The translations under genes and the position numbers were made by a program. Below, in pieces: positions 1 to 15,585 of a stretch of 64,000 nucleotides of DNA (position 1 is the first letter of the stretch; every line of letters begins with the position of its first letter). Source of the stretch: Eledone cirrhosa (lineage: Eukaryota); the NCBI GenBank assembly GCA_964016885.1, contig OZ024742.1:283030001-283094000 (forward strand), read 5' to 3'. The notes under the pieces are model-generated. The model made no database searches and was not told the DNA's origin. It worked only from the letters and a program-made list of their open reading frames with translations.

Positions 1-36
<36 letters not shown>

Positions 37-185
37 AAGAAGGAAAGAGAAATGAGATGAGAGCGAGAGAGAGGGATGGGGAGAGAATAATTCTTTTTTT
101 TTTAATAGCTAGATCCTTGTTTGATGTGTAGAGCATACTATGCTATATGTGTGTGCCTGTTTGTATGTGTGTGTGTATATACACG

Positions 186-218
<33 letters not shown>

Positions 219-930
219 CATATATACATGCATATATGTATATATTTACATATATTATATATATATTATATATATACATTTGTATTCATATTTGCATGCA
301 TATATATATATATATATATATAGATATATATATATATATATATATAGATATATATATATATATATACACATATACATATAGAGAGAGTTAAAGAGAGGTG
401 GGGATGTGTGTGTTTGTGCTAGAGCTCCAACAGATTTTTCATTTCCTTAATTCAGGTGCATGTCATAATAATTTTTTTTTAAATTCTGCTGTCCTTTTTC
501 TTCTTCCATTGTCCACCTGCTTTTTAAAAACTTTTGAAGCAAAAGAAATTGTTTCACACACATGCACACACACACATATATGTATGCATATATATATGTG
601 TGTGTGTGCATGTGTATATATATAATATATATATAACAAGATCTCTGAATGCTCTTAATATATACATTTATGCACTCACAGAGGGTTGCTTTATTGTCTT
701 GAATGTTCAAATCATTTGCAGTGAACCTTCCATGTGTGTGTATGTGTATATATGTGTGTGTGTATATATATATGTGGGTGTGTATATATATATGTGTGTG
801 TCTGTGTACAAACATACACATTTACTCTTTACCATGTTCCAGCCTACAATAAAATGCACCCAGTGCAGTATGTAAAGTGTTGGTGCTTGCATCAGAATAT
901 AATGCATCAAGTACTCTGTAAAGTGTATAT

Positions 931-1245
931 ATATTTTTATACTTTGGAAGGGTCATGGAAGGTCTATATCAACACACACATCTGTTGGTTTTCACTTCAA
1001 TTTATTACAAATTTCCAGTTGGTTGGTTTAATAACCAGATGGTTGTTTATTTATTGTCAAGGCTCTTTCATCACACATTCTGGGACCTCCTCAGTTGATA
1101 AATTTGTGTTATGAAGCTTTAACAACAAATAAACAAACACCCGGTTATTAAAGTAACCAACTTGAAATTTGTAATAAATTGAAGTGAAAGCAACTGGTGC
1201 ATGTGTTTTTATTGGCAGCATGACCCTCCCAAAGTATAATAATAT
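931..1245. repeat. Imperfect ~140-bp inverted repeat with a hammerhead-like core at its centre
   Basis: Arms 931-1077 and 1105-1245 are reverse complements (e.g. tttcacttcaatttattacaaattt / aaatttgtaataaattgaagtgaaa). The minus strand reads CTGAGGA (1088-1094)...GAAAGAGCC. Confidence 0.8.
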
Positions 1246-1301
1246 CATTTTCAAAACACGTTTTCAGATAAAAAATCTTGCAAAACAAATACAAAAACGA
1301 A

Positions 1302-2412
<1,111 letters not shown>

Positions 2413-2875
2413 TCTATATATCTAAAACAGAGAATGTCTGTCTGTATGTCTGTCTGTCTGACTCCCTAAAACTCGAGAACCACCCAACCGACTGTTTTGA
2501 AACTTTACACATGTAATACGTATGGTCCTGTGACTGTTTTGAGCAAAAAAATATTTCAAATTTTCAATGGCCTAGGGACTGCATTGGGCGATTTCGCGAT
2601 CTCTCTCTATAATTCTTAGTCTTTCTTTTTAGATAGATACATACATATAACGTTGCGCCCTTATAATATCTGTCTGTATGTCTGGCTGTCTACATTACAA
2701 CATTATAACTCTATATGTGTGTTTGTGTATATATGTATATATAGTGAGTAACGTTTTTAGAAATATTTACTTCTGTGTTCACAGATTGTTATTTTTAGTT
2801 TCAGAAGATCCTGTTAAGGGTGAAAGCAGCGATTCTTTGCTTAAACTTTAATCTGTTATTTTAATATATATATAT

Positions 2876-2917
<42 letters not shown>

Positions 2918-3303
2918 CATCATCATCATCATCATCATCATCACCATCCTCGTTTAACGTCCATTTTCCACGCTAGCATGGGTTAGACGGGAGTTGTCCC
3001 ACTTGAGGCAAGGTTGGTCGGGTGACCATGTCTCGCTCATATAGGACTATCTAGCAGGTTTTCTATGGCTGGATTGCCTTCCTAGCACCAACCACATTTA
3101 CAGTGTGGACTGAGAACTTTTTACCGTGTTACCTACACAGCCACATTACAGTGTGGACTGTGTGTTTTTTTCTCATGACACCTACACGATCTTGATCTCG
3201 ATCTCATTTATCTCATTTATTTGGACTGGATGTTGTGGTACCAACTTTATAGAGAGGGGGTGGTGTTGGTGGGAGTGGGAGGATAGGGTAGGGGTAGTGG
3301 ATA

Positions 3304-3337
<34 letters not shown>

Positions 3338-3487
3338 ATTATATATTCGTGTGCAGATATTTTTGCATACACAATAACGAAATATAAACAAACGTATTTA
3401 TTTCATGAGGCTCGATAAGGATAAATATATATCAAATATATAAGAACCCTAGAGCAAATCCTGAGCAACACCAGGTCATTCTGCTAG
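2413..3487 (+). mobile_element. Non-autonomous Helitron containing a nested RTE 3' fragment
   Basis: 5' end A|TCTATATATCTAAAA followed by (TGTC)n. 3' end CCTGAGCAACACCAGG (decayed hairpin)-TCATTCTGCTAG|T. A second 3'-end fragment lies at 3742-3760. Confidence 0.7.
2917..3300 (-). mobile_element. RTE LINE 3' UTR fragment (subfamily B-like)
   Basis: (CAT)n tail plus cgtttaacgtccattttccacgctagcatggg. Body matches the reverse complement of 45290-45750. Confidence 0.85.
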
Positions 3488-3499
3488 TATATATATATA

Positions 3500-3731
3500 T
3501 GTCACTGGACCGAGATCTTTGGTGCTACACAGTAATACAGAAGACCCGCCTTGCCTAAGTACAAAGCGAAACCTACAGTCAGTAGGCACCTCTAACAAAA
3601 ATACACCCCCGTCCCACGACCCCCACCGCCATCCACACCACCCCTTTCAATGTAAAGTTATGTTGGTACCACAACATCCACTCCTAAATAAATGAGGTCG
3701 TGTAGGTGTCACGACAAAAAAATGATGATGA
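3500..3731 (+). mobile_element. RTE LINE subfamily B fragment (ORF end plus partial 3' UTR)
   Basis: Matches 45186-45410. Encodes SLDRDLWCYTVIQKTRLA*. Confidence 0.85.
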
Positions 3732-3854
3732 TATATACATATGCCAGGCCATTCTGCTAGAATATATATATATATATATATATATAGTTTCCATCTTCCT
3801 AATTTCACTTACAAGTCTTGGGTCAACTCTAAGCTATGGGAAAGTCTGTCTCAA

Positions 3855-4149
3855 GATTATTAACCATCTTGCCAACAACAACCCTGAGCACCTTTTTGAT
3901 TTCCATGTGTCTAACACACGTGGGCATACCTACAAAGTCAGAAAACAGCACAGATCCTTTAAAACCTCCATGCTCCCTGAGATTCGCCAACATTACACCT
4001 GATGTCCCCCCTCCATACACGCGCACACATGTATTTCATGACTCGTACACTGTTCATTTTCTTGACATTTGTACATTATTCTATGTACTATACATGCACC
4101 TTTGATGAGTTGTAGTGCACCTGAGCACTACCATTTCATTATTATTATA
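3855..4149 (+). mobile_element. CR1-like LINE 3' fragment
   Basis: KIINHL...FDFHVSNTRGHTYKVRKQH contains the CR1-type TRGHxxK motif. 3' UTR ends in (ATT)n and recurs at 46748-46853. Confidence 0.75.
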
Positions 4150-5082
4150 AGATTTCACATGATATGATAGAACCCTGGACCACATGAGTGTGAAGCAATC
4201 ATGATTCTTCATTACCTAGCCATGCCTGCATCCATACATGCACAATATTGAATATTTTACAACTGTTTTTTTAAGAACTAACTTTAAATCCCTCTTCCTT
4301 TTAATGTTGTTCCTTCAAAGAAAGATCTGGCCTTCTAAATTAAGGAGTAAAAAAAATATAGCTAGCAATGATAAAAATAACAACAATACTATGCACCTAT
4401 TTGTTTCTTTGGAATATCAAGAGGTTAAAAGTTGTGTGGAAACTTCTCCAGCATTATCAGTCTTTTATAACCTTGGATACTTGAAGATTTGTATTTATGT
4501 GTGTGTGTATACATATATATATGTGTGTGTGTATGTGTGTGTATATATATATGTAAAATGATGATGATGATTTATATATATATATATATACACATACTGT
4601 GTGTATGTCTGTGTCATTGTTGTTGTAGCTAAAGCATATATTTGTGTGTGCATAACATTCCTCTGTGTGCGTGAGAAAGAGAGAGAGAGAGTGCCTGTGT
4701 GTATGTATATGTATTTCAGACAGAGAGAGAGAGGGAACGAGGGGGGAGAAATGTGTGTGTCTGTCTGTGTGTCTAGTACTTAACTTCAGCTTTGGTTTCC
4801 AAGATTGCGACATGGCTGCTTAAATTGAGGACATCTGATCAAATGGTAGACTTGAAGTGGTGCCAGAGCTGTGTCAGCATTTCAAACACTCTAACTCACT
4901 CTCTTTTTCTCTTTTACTATTTGTCTCTCTCACTCATCCACCCTCTCTCTCTCACTCATCCACTCTCACTCTCACTCATTCATTCACTCTTATTTACCAA
5001 CTCTCTCTCTTACTCTGTCTCAGTCACACTCTGTATACTACCACCCCGACCTTAACTTTATCATCCTCTCCATAAAGCTAAG

Positions 5083-5430
5083 CACCACCATCACCACCAC
5101 TACCATCACCACAACCACAACCATCATCACCACCACCACCACCACCACCACCACCACCATCACCACCACTACCATCATCACCACAACCACCATCATCACA
5201 ACCACCATCACCACATTCATCATCATCCTAACCACAATCACCACCACCACCATCACCCCAACCACCATCATCAACACTACAACTGTCATCACCATCATGA
5301 CTACCATCACCATGACTATGGCTGCCACAACCACCATCACCATTATCAACATCATCATCACCCCTGTCACTATCATTGTCACTGCCATCACCACCATCAC
5401 CATAGCCATGGCAATGCCCACCATCACCAC
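5083..5430. repeat. Degenerate (CAC/CAT)n trinucleotide repeat
   Basis: Direct inspection. Confidence 0.9.
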
Positions 5431-5519
5431 ATGATGGGCTCACCATTGAAACATCGCCCCAAAATTTCTGTCAAATCTTCAAATTTTCCAAAACTTCTGG
5501 AAGTCTCTTTAAATGACTC

Positions 5520-6330
5520 CACCCCACCACCACCAACAACAACAATACCAACACTACCACCACCACCAACAACAACAATACCAACACTACCACCACCACC
5601 AACAACAACAATACCAACACTACCACCACCACCAACAACAACAATACCAACACTACCACCACCACCAACAACAACAATACCAACACCACCACCACCACCA
5701 ACAACAACAATACCAACACTACCACCACCACCAACAACAACAATACCAACACTACCACCACCACCAACAACAACAATACCAACACTACCACCACCACCAA
5801 CAACAACAATACCAACACCACCACCACCAACAACAACAACAACAACAATACTAACACTACCACCACCACCAACAACAACAATACCAACACCACCACCACC
5901 ACCAACAACAACAATACCAACACTACCATCACCAACAACAATACCAACACCACCACCACCACCAACAACAACAGCAATACCAACAACAACACCACCACCA
6001 ACAATGACAACACCAACATCAATGCCACCACCAACAATACCAATGCCACCACCACCAATGCCACTACCACCACTAACACCAATGCCACCACCACCACCAC
6101 TAACACCAATACCAACAACACCAATGCCACCACCACCACCAACAACACCAATGCCACCACCACCATCACTAACACCAATGCCACCACCACCACCACTAAC
6201 GCCAATGCCACCACCACCACCACTAACACCAATGCCACCACTACCACCAACAACACCAATGCCACCACCACCACCAATACCACCAACAACAACAGCAACA
6301 GCAACAACATTGACACTATTAACACCCACA
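5520..6330. repeat. 33-bp CCA/ACA minisatellite decaying into a variant unit
   Basis: Unit ccaccaccaccaacaacaacaataccaacacta (reads PPPPTTTIPTL). Confidence 0.9.
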
Positions 6331-6436
6331 CATAATTTTCTAAATCTATTAGAATTAAAATGCCATAACTTTCTCATCTCTCTCTCCCATTCTCTCTCTC
6401 TCTCTATGTCTCTTCTATCTATCTATCTATATATAT

Positions 6437-6550
6437 AACAAAGGAAATGTGGTAAGGAACCAGGTGGACCATAACGCACCAAAGTACTCAATACTTAGGG
6501 TAGTAGAGTGGGTAATAGGAACAAGTAAGACCCCGTCTTACTTGTTCCTA

Positions 6551-6551
<1 letters not shown>
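6437..6551 (-). mobile_element. Fold-back element family P1, copy 1 (Penelope-like terminal remnant)
   Basis: Homologous to 28211-28405 and 34572-34755. Perfect 17-bp hairpin at 6515-6551. Flanked by (TA)n. Confidence 0.7.
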
Positions 6552-6581
<30 letters not shown>

Positions 6582-7024
6582 TGCTTCCCCTCTCTCTGTA
6601 TCTCTCACCTTCTTTTTACCCCCCCCCTCTGCCAGTCACACTCTCTCTCAGCTGGCCTCACACTTCTACTCACTCACTCTCTGCTTCTCCCCCTCTCTCA
6701 CTTCCACCCGTTTGACTTGTGCGAAATCCTTTTCTCGCTCACATCTCACCCATGTCGGATATTCTGTATCTCTCGTCTATGATTTCACCAAGCTTAAGCT
6801 TACAGATATCATGTACTTGTTTCTTCCTATCTTTCCGTTGCAATACCATCTTTGTTTGTTTACATGTCTCGCTCGCTTCACCCTATTTTACTTGTCCCAA
6901 TAACTTTATTTAGTTATTGCTCGCACCAACCAGAGGTATATGATCTTTAAAGCGATGAAATACCAATGAAGGTTGGAAGATCACTGATGAAGGACTAATT
7001 TATATATATATATATTGCTCTCTC

Positions 7025-7056
<32 letters not shown>

Positions 7057-7499
7057 AATATATTTAATACATTAACAGAGAAAGCTTTAAGCAATACTCC
7101 GACCGGCTTCCGTCTCACTCAACAAACATTAGGATATACCTTAGTATAATCCCAATTATACGTTTGGGGTGCTAACTATACGTATTTTGCGGATAGCCAG
7201 TTGTATTATTCTATATGAGACATAATTTGCTGGCAAGCTAACGAATGCTATCGGAAAGTGCAGCCAAAAGCACTCAATAAGGAATTTTACCTTAGAGTTA
7301 TAACATTACGTTTAGACAGCTATGCAACTTGAAGACAGCAACCAGTATGCGAGCCGCTAGGACCAGAACAAAGAAAAAACCGACTATATATATATATATT
7401 ATTAGAAATGTAAGCTATCGCCGTATTTTGACTAAAGAAATTAAAGAAATTATTTAGCCTGATAGTGGGGTTAAGAACCCTCGGAGAAATGGAAAAAGA

Positions 7500-7568
7500 T
7501 GAGTATTGACGTACATGGGAGTCGAACCCACATCTTTGGTTATCCGGACCACTGTGCTACCATTTACA
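7500..7568 (-). mobile_element. tRNA-derived SINE head
   Basis: Minus strand AAATGGTAGCAC...GTGGGTTCGACTCCCA (A- and B-box-like). No complete cloverleaf. Confidence 0.6.
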
Positions 7569-7626
7569 TATATATATATATATATAAATGAAAAATGGCG
7601 AGCTGTGTTCTTCATTTATTAAATAT

Positions 7627-7813
7627 GGTGGATTGGCAGTATTGGTGGAGGGTCGGACGCCATGCTTTGCAGCACAGTTATGTCCCTTTACGGACTGAGT
7701 TCAAATCCCGCCAAGGTTAACTTTGCCTTTCATCCTTACGGGGTCGATAAAATAAAGTACCAGTAATACACTGGGATAATTGCTGGCCTTGTGCCAAAAG
7801 TAGAAACAATTAT
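7627..7813 (+). mobile_element. SINE family 1 (tRNA-derived, ~190 bp)
   Basis: gattggcagt head, B-box gagttcaaatccc, core tttgcctttcatccttacggggtcgataaaataaagtaccag, tail gtagaaacaatt. Confidence 0.9.
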
Positions 7814-7817
7814 ATAT

Positions 7818-7862
<45 letters not shown>

Positions 7863-7866
<4 letters not shown>

Positions 7867-8339
7867 TCATCATCAACGTTTAACGTCCGTGTTCCATGCT
7901 TGCATGGGTTTGGACGGGGGTAGTCCCACTTGAGGCAAGAGTGATTGACTTGCTCGCATAGGACTGTCTGGCAGGTTTTCTACAGTTGGATGCCCTTCCT
8001 AACACCAACCACATTTACAGTGTGGGTCTGGGAGGTTTTTACCGTGTTGCCTACACGGCCACATTACAGCGTGGACTGTGTGTTTTTTGTCGTGACACCT
8101 ACACGATCTCATTTGTTTCGGCCTGGATGGTGTGGCACCAACATAACTTTACATAGAAGGGGGGCGGTGTGGATGGGGTGGGGGTGGTGGGACGGGGGTG
8201 TATTTTGTTAGAGATGCCTACTGACTGTAGTAGGTTTTACTATGTATTTAGGTAAGGCGGGTCTTCTCTATTACTGAGTACCGCCAAAGGTCTCGGTCCA
8301 GTGACATTGTCTTGGAGAGGTGTAAGTGTGTGAGGTCGG

Positions 8340-8342
<3 letters not shown>
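7863..8342 (-). mobile_element. RTE LINE subfamily B 3' end
   Basis: Reverse complement matches 45150-45750. Encodes [30 protein letters not shown]. (CAT)n tail. Confidence 0.9.
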
Positions 8343-8370
<28 letters not shown>

Positions 8371-8371
<1 letters not shown>

Positions 8372-8610
8372 CTTTATTTCACATTGCTCCAGTTTACTCA
8401 ACTGTAGAAATGAGATGATAGGGAATGGGGTCCCTATCATTCCACTGTAAAGTGGTCGTGGAGGAGCCACGGCAAAAAAGCACCCAGCACTCACTGTAAA
8501 TGAGGTTGGTGTTAGGAAGGGCATCCAGCTGTAGAAATCAAGCCAGAATCAGTTCCCGTCCCACCCTTGCAAGCAGGGAAAAGTGGACGTAAAATGATGA
8601 TGATGATGAT
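8371..8610 (+). mobile_element. SINE family 2 with RTE-A tail, 5'-truncated
   Basis: Core actttatttcacattgctccag, then a segment matching the RTE-A 3' UTR and an (ATG)n tail. Confidence 0.85.
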
Positions 8611-9026
8611 ATATATAATTTTTTTTTTTTTTTTTTAAATTATATATCGCTCTCTCTCTCTCTTTATCTATGTGTCTGTCTCCACACATTGTACACTTTG
8701 ATCAGTCTTGGTTTCTCTCCCTCCCCACCCTCTGCTCTCTCACTACAACTTTTGATCTCCTCCCACCTTTGTTCTCTCTCTCTCCCTCTTATGTTTATGT
8801 GTGTAACCATCCTTCAGTCACAACCAGTGGCACTCAATGCTTAATGACTCCCTCACACAAACACAACCACACATATGCACCTCCCCCCCCCCTACACAAC
8901 ACACACACCATCTCTCTCTCTCCCTCTCCCCCTCTTTCTCTCCTGTCTCTTTTTCTCTCTGTCCCATCATCAACTTCTCAGAACTAAATACTTCAACATA
9001 TTCTCTCTATATTTATTGAGGAGGCA

Positions 9027-9975
9027 GTGTAGTGGTGGTGGTGGTCGTTGTGGTTGTTGTGGTGGTGGTGGTTGTGGTTGTTGTGGTGGGGGTTATGGTG
9101 GTGGTGGTTGTGGTTGTGGTGGTGGTGGTGGTAGTGGTCACGAAGGTGATGGTAGTGGTGGTGGCGTTCGTTGTGGTCGTGATGGTAGTGGTTGTTGTTG
9201 TGGGTGTGGTGGTGGTGGTGGTGGTAGTGGTCATGGAGGTGATGGTAGTGGTTGTGGTGGTTGTGGTGGTGGTAGTGGTTGTGGTGGTGGTTGTGCTTGT
9301 GGTGGTGGTGGTGGTAGTGGTCATGAAGGTGATGGTAGTGGTAGTGGTGGTGGTGGTCATGAAGGTGATGGTAGTGGTGGTGGTGGTAGTGGTCATGAAG
9401 GTGATGGTAGTGGTGGTGGTGGTGATAGTGGTCATGAAGGTGATGGTAGTGGTGGTGGTGGTGGTGGTAGTAGTGGTGGTGGCGGTAGTGGTCATGAAGG
9501 TGATGGTAGTGGTAGTGGTGGTGGTGGTGGCGGTAGTGGTCATGAAGGTGATGGTAGTGGTAGTGGTGGTGGTGGTCATGAAGGTGATGGTAGTGGTGGT
9601 GGTGGTGGTAGTGGTCATGAAGGTGATGGTAGTGGTAGTGGTGGTGGTGGTCATGAAGGTGATGGTAGTGGTGGTGGTCATGAAGGTGATGGTAGTGGTG
9701 GTGGTCATGAAGGTGATGGTAGTGGTGGTGGTGGTGATCATGAAGGTGATGGTAGTGGTGGTGGTGGTGGTGGTCATGAAGGTGGTGGTAGTGGTGGTGG
9801 TGGTGGTGGTCATGAAGGTGATGGTAGTGGTGGTGGTGGTGGTGGTGGTGGTGGTCATGAAGGTGATGGTAGTGGTAGTGGTGGTGGTGGTGGTGGTCAT
9901 GAAGGTGATGGTAGTGGTGGTGGTCATGAAGGTGATGGTAGTGGTGGTGGTGGTAGTGGTCATGAAGGTGGTGGC
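9027..9975. repeat. GGT-based minisatellite
   Basis: Core ggtcatgaaggtgatggtagt separated by variable (ggt)n. Confidence 0.92.
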
Positions 9976-10029
9976 ATTTTTTATCACTAGGTTGAAAATG
10001 TGTCTACTGGTTATTGTTATTGTTAGCAT

Positions 10030-10525
10030 TTTTTATGATAGTTTTAGTGTTGTTGATGATGATAGTGTTGATGATGATGATGATGATGATGGTGATAGTG
10101 TTGCTGATGTTGATGGTGATGGTGATAGTGTTGCTGATGTTGATGGTGATAGTGTTGATGACGATGATGATGATGGTGATAGTGTTGATGATGATGATGG
10201 TGATGGTAATGTTATTGATGTTGATGATGTTAGTAGTTTTAATTCCATTGATATTGTTGATGTTGTTGTTGATGTTGGTTGATATTGTTGATGTTGGTTG
10301 ATATTGTTGTTGTTGTTGTTGATGTTGATGTTGGTTGATGTTGGTTGATATTGTTGTTGTTGTTGTTGATGTTGGTTGATGTTGGTTGATATTGTTGTTG
10401 TTGTTGATGTTGATGTTGGTTGATGTTGGTTGATATTGTTGATGTTGTTGTTGATGTTGATGTTGGTTGATATTGTTGATATTGTTGATGTTGTTGTTGA
10501 TGTTGTTGACATTGTTAATGTTATT
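10030..10525. repeat. Degenerate (GAT/GTT)n low-complexity tract
   Basis: Direct inspection. Confidence 0.85.
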
Positions 10526-10666
10526 TTTGTTATAATTTTATTGTCTAAAAAGAGAAAAAAATGAAAAAAAAAGCCCCACCAAAGCCCCTTGCCTCCTCCA
10601 CAACAGAAAATAACACCCAATATTATTTATTTTTATTCGACAATTTATTTTCATATTTATTTTAAT

Positions 10667-13600
10667 TGATGATGATGATGATGATAATAATTGTAATGGT
10701 GATGATGTTGGTGATTATAATGATGGTGTTGGTAGAGGTAGTGTTTGTGGTTATAGTGATGGTGATGATGTTGGTGATTATAATGATGGTGATGGTAGAG
10801 GTAGTGTTTGTGGTTATGGTGATGGTGATGATGTTGGTTATGATGATGATGGTGATGGTAGAGGTAGTGTTTGTGGTTATAGTGATGGTGATGGTGTTGG
10901 TTATGATGATGATGGTGATGGTAGAGGCAGTGTTTGTGGTTATAGTGATGGTGATGATGTTGGTGATTATAATGATGGTGATGGTAGAGGTAGTGTTTGT
11001 GGTTATGGTGATGGTGATGATGTTGGTGATTATAATGATGGTGATGGTAGAGGTAGTGTTTGTGGTTATGGTGATAGTGATGATGTTGGTTATGATGATG
11101 ATGGTGATGGTAGAGGTAGTGTTTGTGGTTATAGTGATGGTGATGATGTTGGTTATGATGATGATGGTGATGGTAGAGGCAGTGTTTGTGGTTATGGTGA
11201 TGGTGATGGTGTTGGTTATGATGATGATGGTGATGGTAGAGGTAGTGTTTGTGGTTATGGTGATGGTGATGGTGTTGGTTATGATGATGGTGGTGATGGT
11301 AGAGGCAGTGTTTGTGGTTATAGTGATGGTGATGGTGTTGGTTATGATGATGATGGTGATGGTAGAGGTAGTGTTTGTGGTTATAGTGATGGTGATGATG
11401 TTGGTGATTATAATGATGGTGATGGTAGAGGTAGTGTTTGTGGTTATGGTGATGGTGATGGTGTTGGTTATGATGATGGTGGTGATGGTAGAGGTAGTGT
11501 TTGTGGTTATGGTGATGGTGATGGTGTTGGTTATGATGATGGTGGTGATGGTAGAGGTAGTGTTTGTGGTTATGGTGATGGTGATGATGTTGGTTATGAT
11601 GATGGTGGTGATGGTAGAGGTAGTGTTTGTGGTTATGGTGATGGTGATGATGTTGGTTATGATGATGGTGGTGATGGTAGAGGTAGTGTTTGTGGTTATG
11701 GTGATGGTGATGATGTTGGTTATGATGATGGTGGTGATGGTAGAGGTAGTGTTTGTGGTTATAGTGATGGTGATGGTGTTGGTTATGATGATGATGGTGA
11801 TGGTAGAGGCAGTGTTTGTGGTTATAGTGATGGTGATGGTGTTGGTTATGATGATGATGGTGATGGTAGAGGTAGTGTTTGTGGTTATAGTGATGGTGAT
11901 GATGTTGGTTATGATGATGGTGGTGATGGTAGAGGTAGTGTTTGTGGTTATAGTGATGGTGATGATGTTGGTTATGATGATGGTGGTGATGGTAGAGGTA
12001 GTGTTTGTGGTTATAGTGATGGTGATGGTGTTGGTTATGATGATGATGGTGATGGTAGAGGCAGTGTTTGTGGTTATAGTGATGGTGATGGTGTTGGTTA
12101 TGATGATGATGGTGATGGTAGAGGTAGTGTTTGTGGTTATGGTGATGGTGATGATGTTGGTTATGATGATGGTGGTGATGGTAGAGGTAGTGTTTGTGGT
12201 TATGGTGATGGTGATGGTGTTGGTTATGATGATGATGGTGATGGTAGAGGTAGTGTTTGTGGTTATGGTGATGGTGATGATGTTGGTTATGATGATGGTG
12301 GTGATGGTAGAGGTAGTGTTTGTGGTTATGGTGATGGTGATGGTGTTGGTTATGATGATGATGGTGATGGTAGAGGTAGTGTTTGTGGTTATGGTGATGG
12401 TGATGATGTTGGTTATGATGATGGTGGTGATGGTAGAGGTAGTGTTTGTGGTTATGGTTATGGTGATGGTGTTGGTTATGATGATGATGGTGATGGTAGA
12501 GGCAGTGTTTGTGGTTATAGTGATGGTGATGGTGTTGGTTATGATGATGATGGTGATGGTAGAGGTAGTGTTTGTGGTTATGGTGATGGTGATGATGTTG
12601 GTTATGATGATGGTGGTGATGGTAGAGGTAGTGTTTGTGGTTATAGTGATGGTGATGATGTTGGTGATTATAATGATGGTGATGGTAGAGGTAGTGTTTG
12701 TGGTTATGGTGATGGTGATGGTGTTGGTTATGATGATGGTGGTGATGGTAGAGGTAGTGTTTGTGGTTATGGTGATGGTGATGATGTTGGTTATGATGAT
12801 GGTGGTGATGGTAGAGGTAGTGTTTGTGGTTATGGTGATGGTGATGATGTTGGTTATGATGATGGTGGTGATGGTAGAGGTAGTGTTTGTGGTTATGGTG
12901 ATGATGTTGGTTATGATGATGATGATGATGGTGATGGTAGAGGCAGTGTTTGTGGTTATGGTGATGGTGATGATGTTGGTTATGATGATGATGGTGATGG
13001 TAGAGGTATAGTTTGTGGTTATGGTGATGGTGATGGTTATGATGATGATGGTGATGGTAGAGATATAGTTTGTGGTTATGGTGATGGTGATTATGTTGAT
13101 TATGATGATGATGGTGATGGTAGAGGTAGTGTTTGTGGTTATAGTGATGGTGATGGTGTTGGTTATGATGATGATGGTGATGGTAGAGGCAGTGTTTGTG
13201 GTTATAGTGATGGTGATGGTGTTGGTTATGATGATGATGGTGATGGTAGAGGTAGTGTTTGTGGTTATAGTGATGATGTTGGTTATGATGATGATGATGA
13301 TGGTGATGGTAGAGGCAGTGTTTGTGGTTATGGTGATGGTGATGATGTTGGTTATGATGGTAGAGGTATAGTTTGTGGTTATGGTGATGGTGTTGGTTAT
13401 GATGGTAGAGGCAGTGTTTGTGGTTATGGTGATGATGTTGGTTATGATGATGATGATGATGGTGATGGTAGAGGCAGTGTTCGTGGTTATGGTGATGGTG
13501 ATGATGTTGGTTATGATGGTAGAGGTATAGTTTGTGGTTATAGTGATGGTGATGGTGTTGGTTATGATGATGGTGGTGATGGTAGAGGCAGTGTTTGTGG

Positions 13601-13833
13601 TTATTGTGATGGTGATGATGTTGATTATGATGATGGTGGTGATGGTAGAGGCAGTGTTTGTGGTTATAGTGATGGTGATGGTGTTGGTTATGATGATGGT
13701 GGTGATGGTAGAGGCAGTGTTTGTGGTTATAGTGATGGTGATGGTGTTGGTTATGATGATGGTGGTGATGGTAGAGGCAGTGTTTGTGGTTATAGTGATG
13801 GTGATGGTGTTGGTTATGATGATGATGGTGATG
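10667..13833. repeat. 63-bp minisatellite, about 50 units
   Basis: gtagaggtagtgtttgtggttat recurs at 10732, 10795, 10858, 10921 and onward (63-bp period). Confidence 0.95.
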
Positions 13834-14120
13834 ACAGTTCGCAGTGTTTGAGATAGTAGTGTTTGTTTTCGTAATGAATGTGATGATGTTGGTGATTATG
13901 ATGATGCTGATAGTGGCCATGTTTGAGGTGAGGTGGTAGAGATTGTGTTCCTAATGATGTTGATGATGCTGATAGTAATGATGACAACAATCATCATCAT
14001 CATTGTCAGATTTGAATTAACTGATCAATTATTTGTTCTGTATTATTTTCAAATACTTAATGGTAAATTATATACACACACACAATGGTAAATTATATAC
14101 ACACACACGCACACAATTCA

Positions 14121-14293
14121 TTATCGGTAGAGGGTCGGACGCCATGCTTTCCAGCATAGTTACGTCCCTTTACGATCTGAGTTCAAATCCCGCCGAGGTT
14201 GACTTTGCCTTTCATCGTTACGGGGTCGATAAAATGAAGTACCAGTAATACACTGGGTAATTGCTGGCCTTGTGCCTAAAGTAGAAACAATTA
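14121..14293 (+). mobile_element. SINE family 1
   Basis: Same B-box, core and tail as 7627-7813. Confidence 0.9.
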
Positions 14294-14319
14294 TCATCAC
14301 CAACGACTTCTTTCCCTCC

Positions 14320-14391
<72 letters not shown>

Positions 14392-14394
<3 letters not shown>

Positions 14395-14468
14395 GGTGCC
14401 CCTCAAAATGTATACACATTTATGTTAGAATGCTGTTGAAGTGTGTATACATTTGGGGAGACACCCTG
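14392..14468. mobile_element. 77-bp Tc1/mariner-like MITE
   Basis: TIRs cagggtgcccctcaaaatgtatacaca / tgtgtatacatttggggagacaccctg. Right flank is TA, left flank CA, within a TA tract. Confidence 0.75.
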
Positions 14469-14588
14469 TATATATATACACACACATATGAGAATGTGGT
14501 AATAGAAAACACACACATCATAAGGTGATATATACATACATACAATACATACACACACATACACATATATATACATACACACACAGAT

Positions 14589-14637
<49 letters not shown>

Positions 14638-14726
14638 GAAAGAGGGGGATAAAGAGAGGGTTGTAGTTGTACATATGTTAAATATGCTGCTGTCAATGCC
14701 AGTCCATATCCTAACCTAAACATTGT

Positions 14727-15585
<859 letters not shown>

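Noticed and set aside
5424-6438. Pro/Thr-rich mucin- or extensin-like ORF
   Set aside because: A 33-bp trinucleotide-derived repeat open in several frames on both strands, with no unique domain.
7500-7568. Functional tRNA gene
   Set aside because: Has A- and B-box-like motifs but no complete acceptor stem, so it is better read as a SINE head.
8875-9990. Gly/His-rich GHEGDGS ORF resembling cephalopod structural proteins
   Set aside because: No credible signal peptide or splice structure, several frames are open, and a GGT minisatellite explains it.
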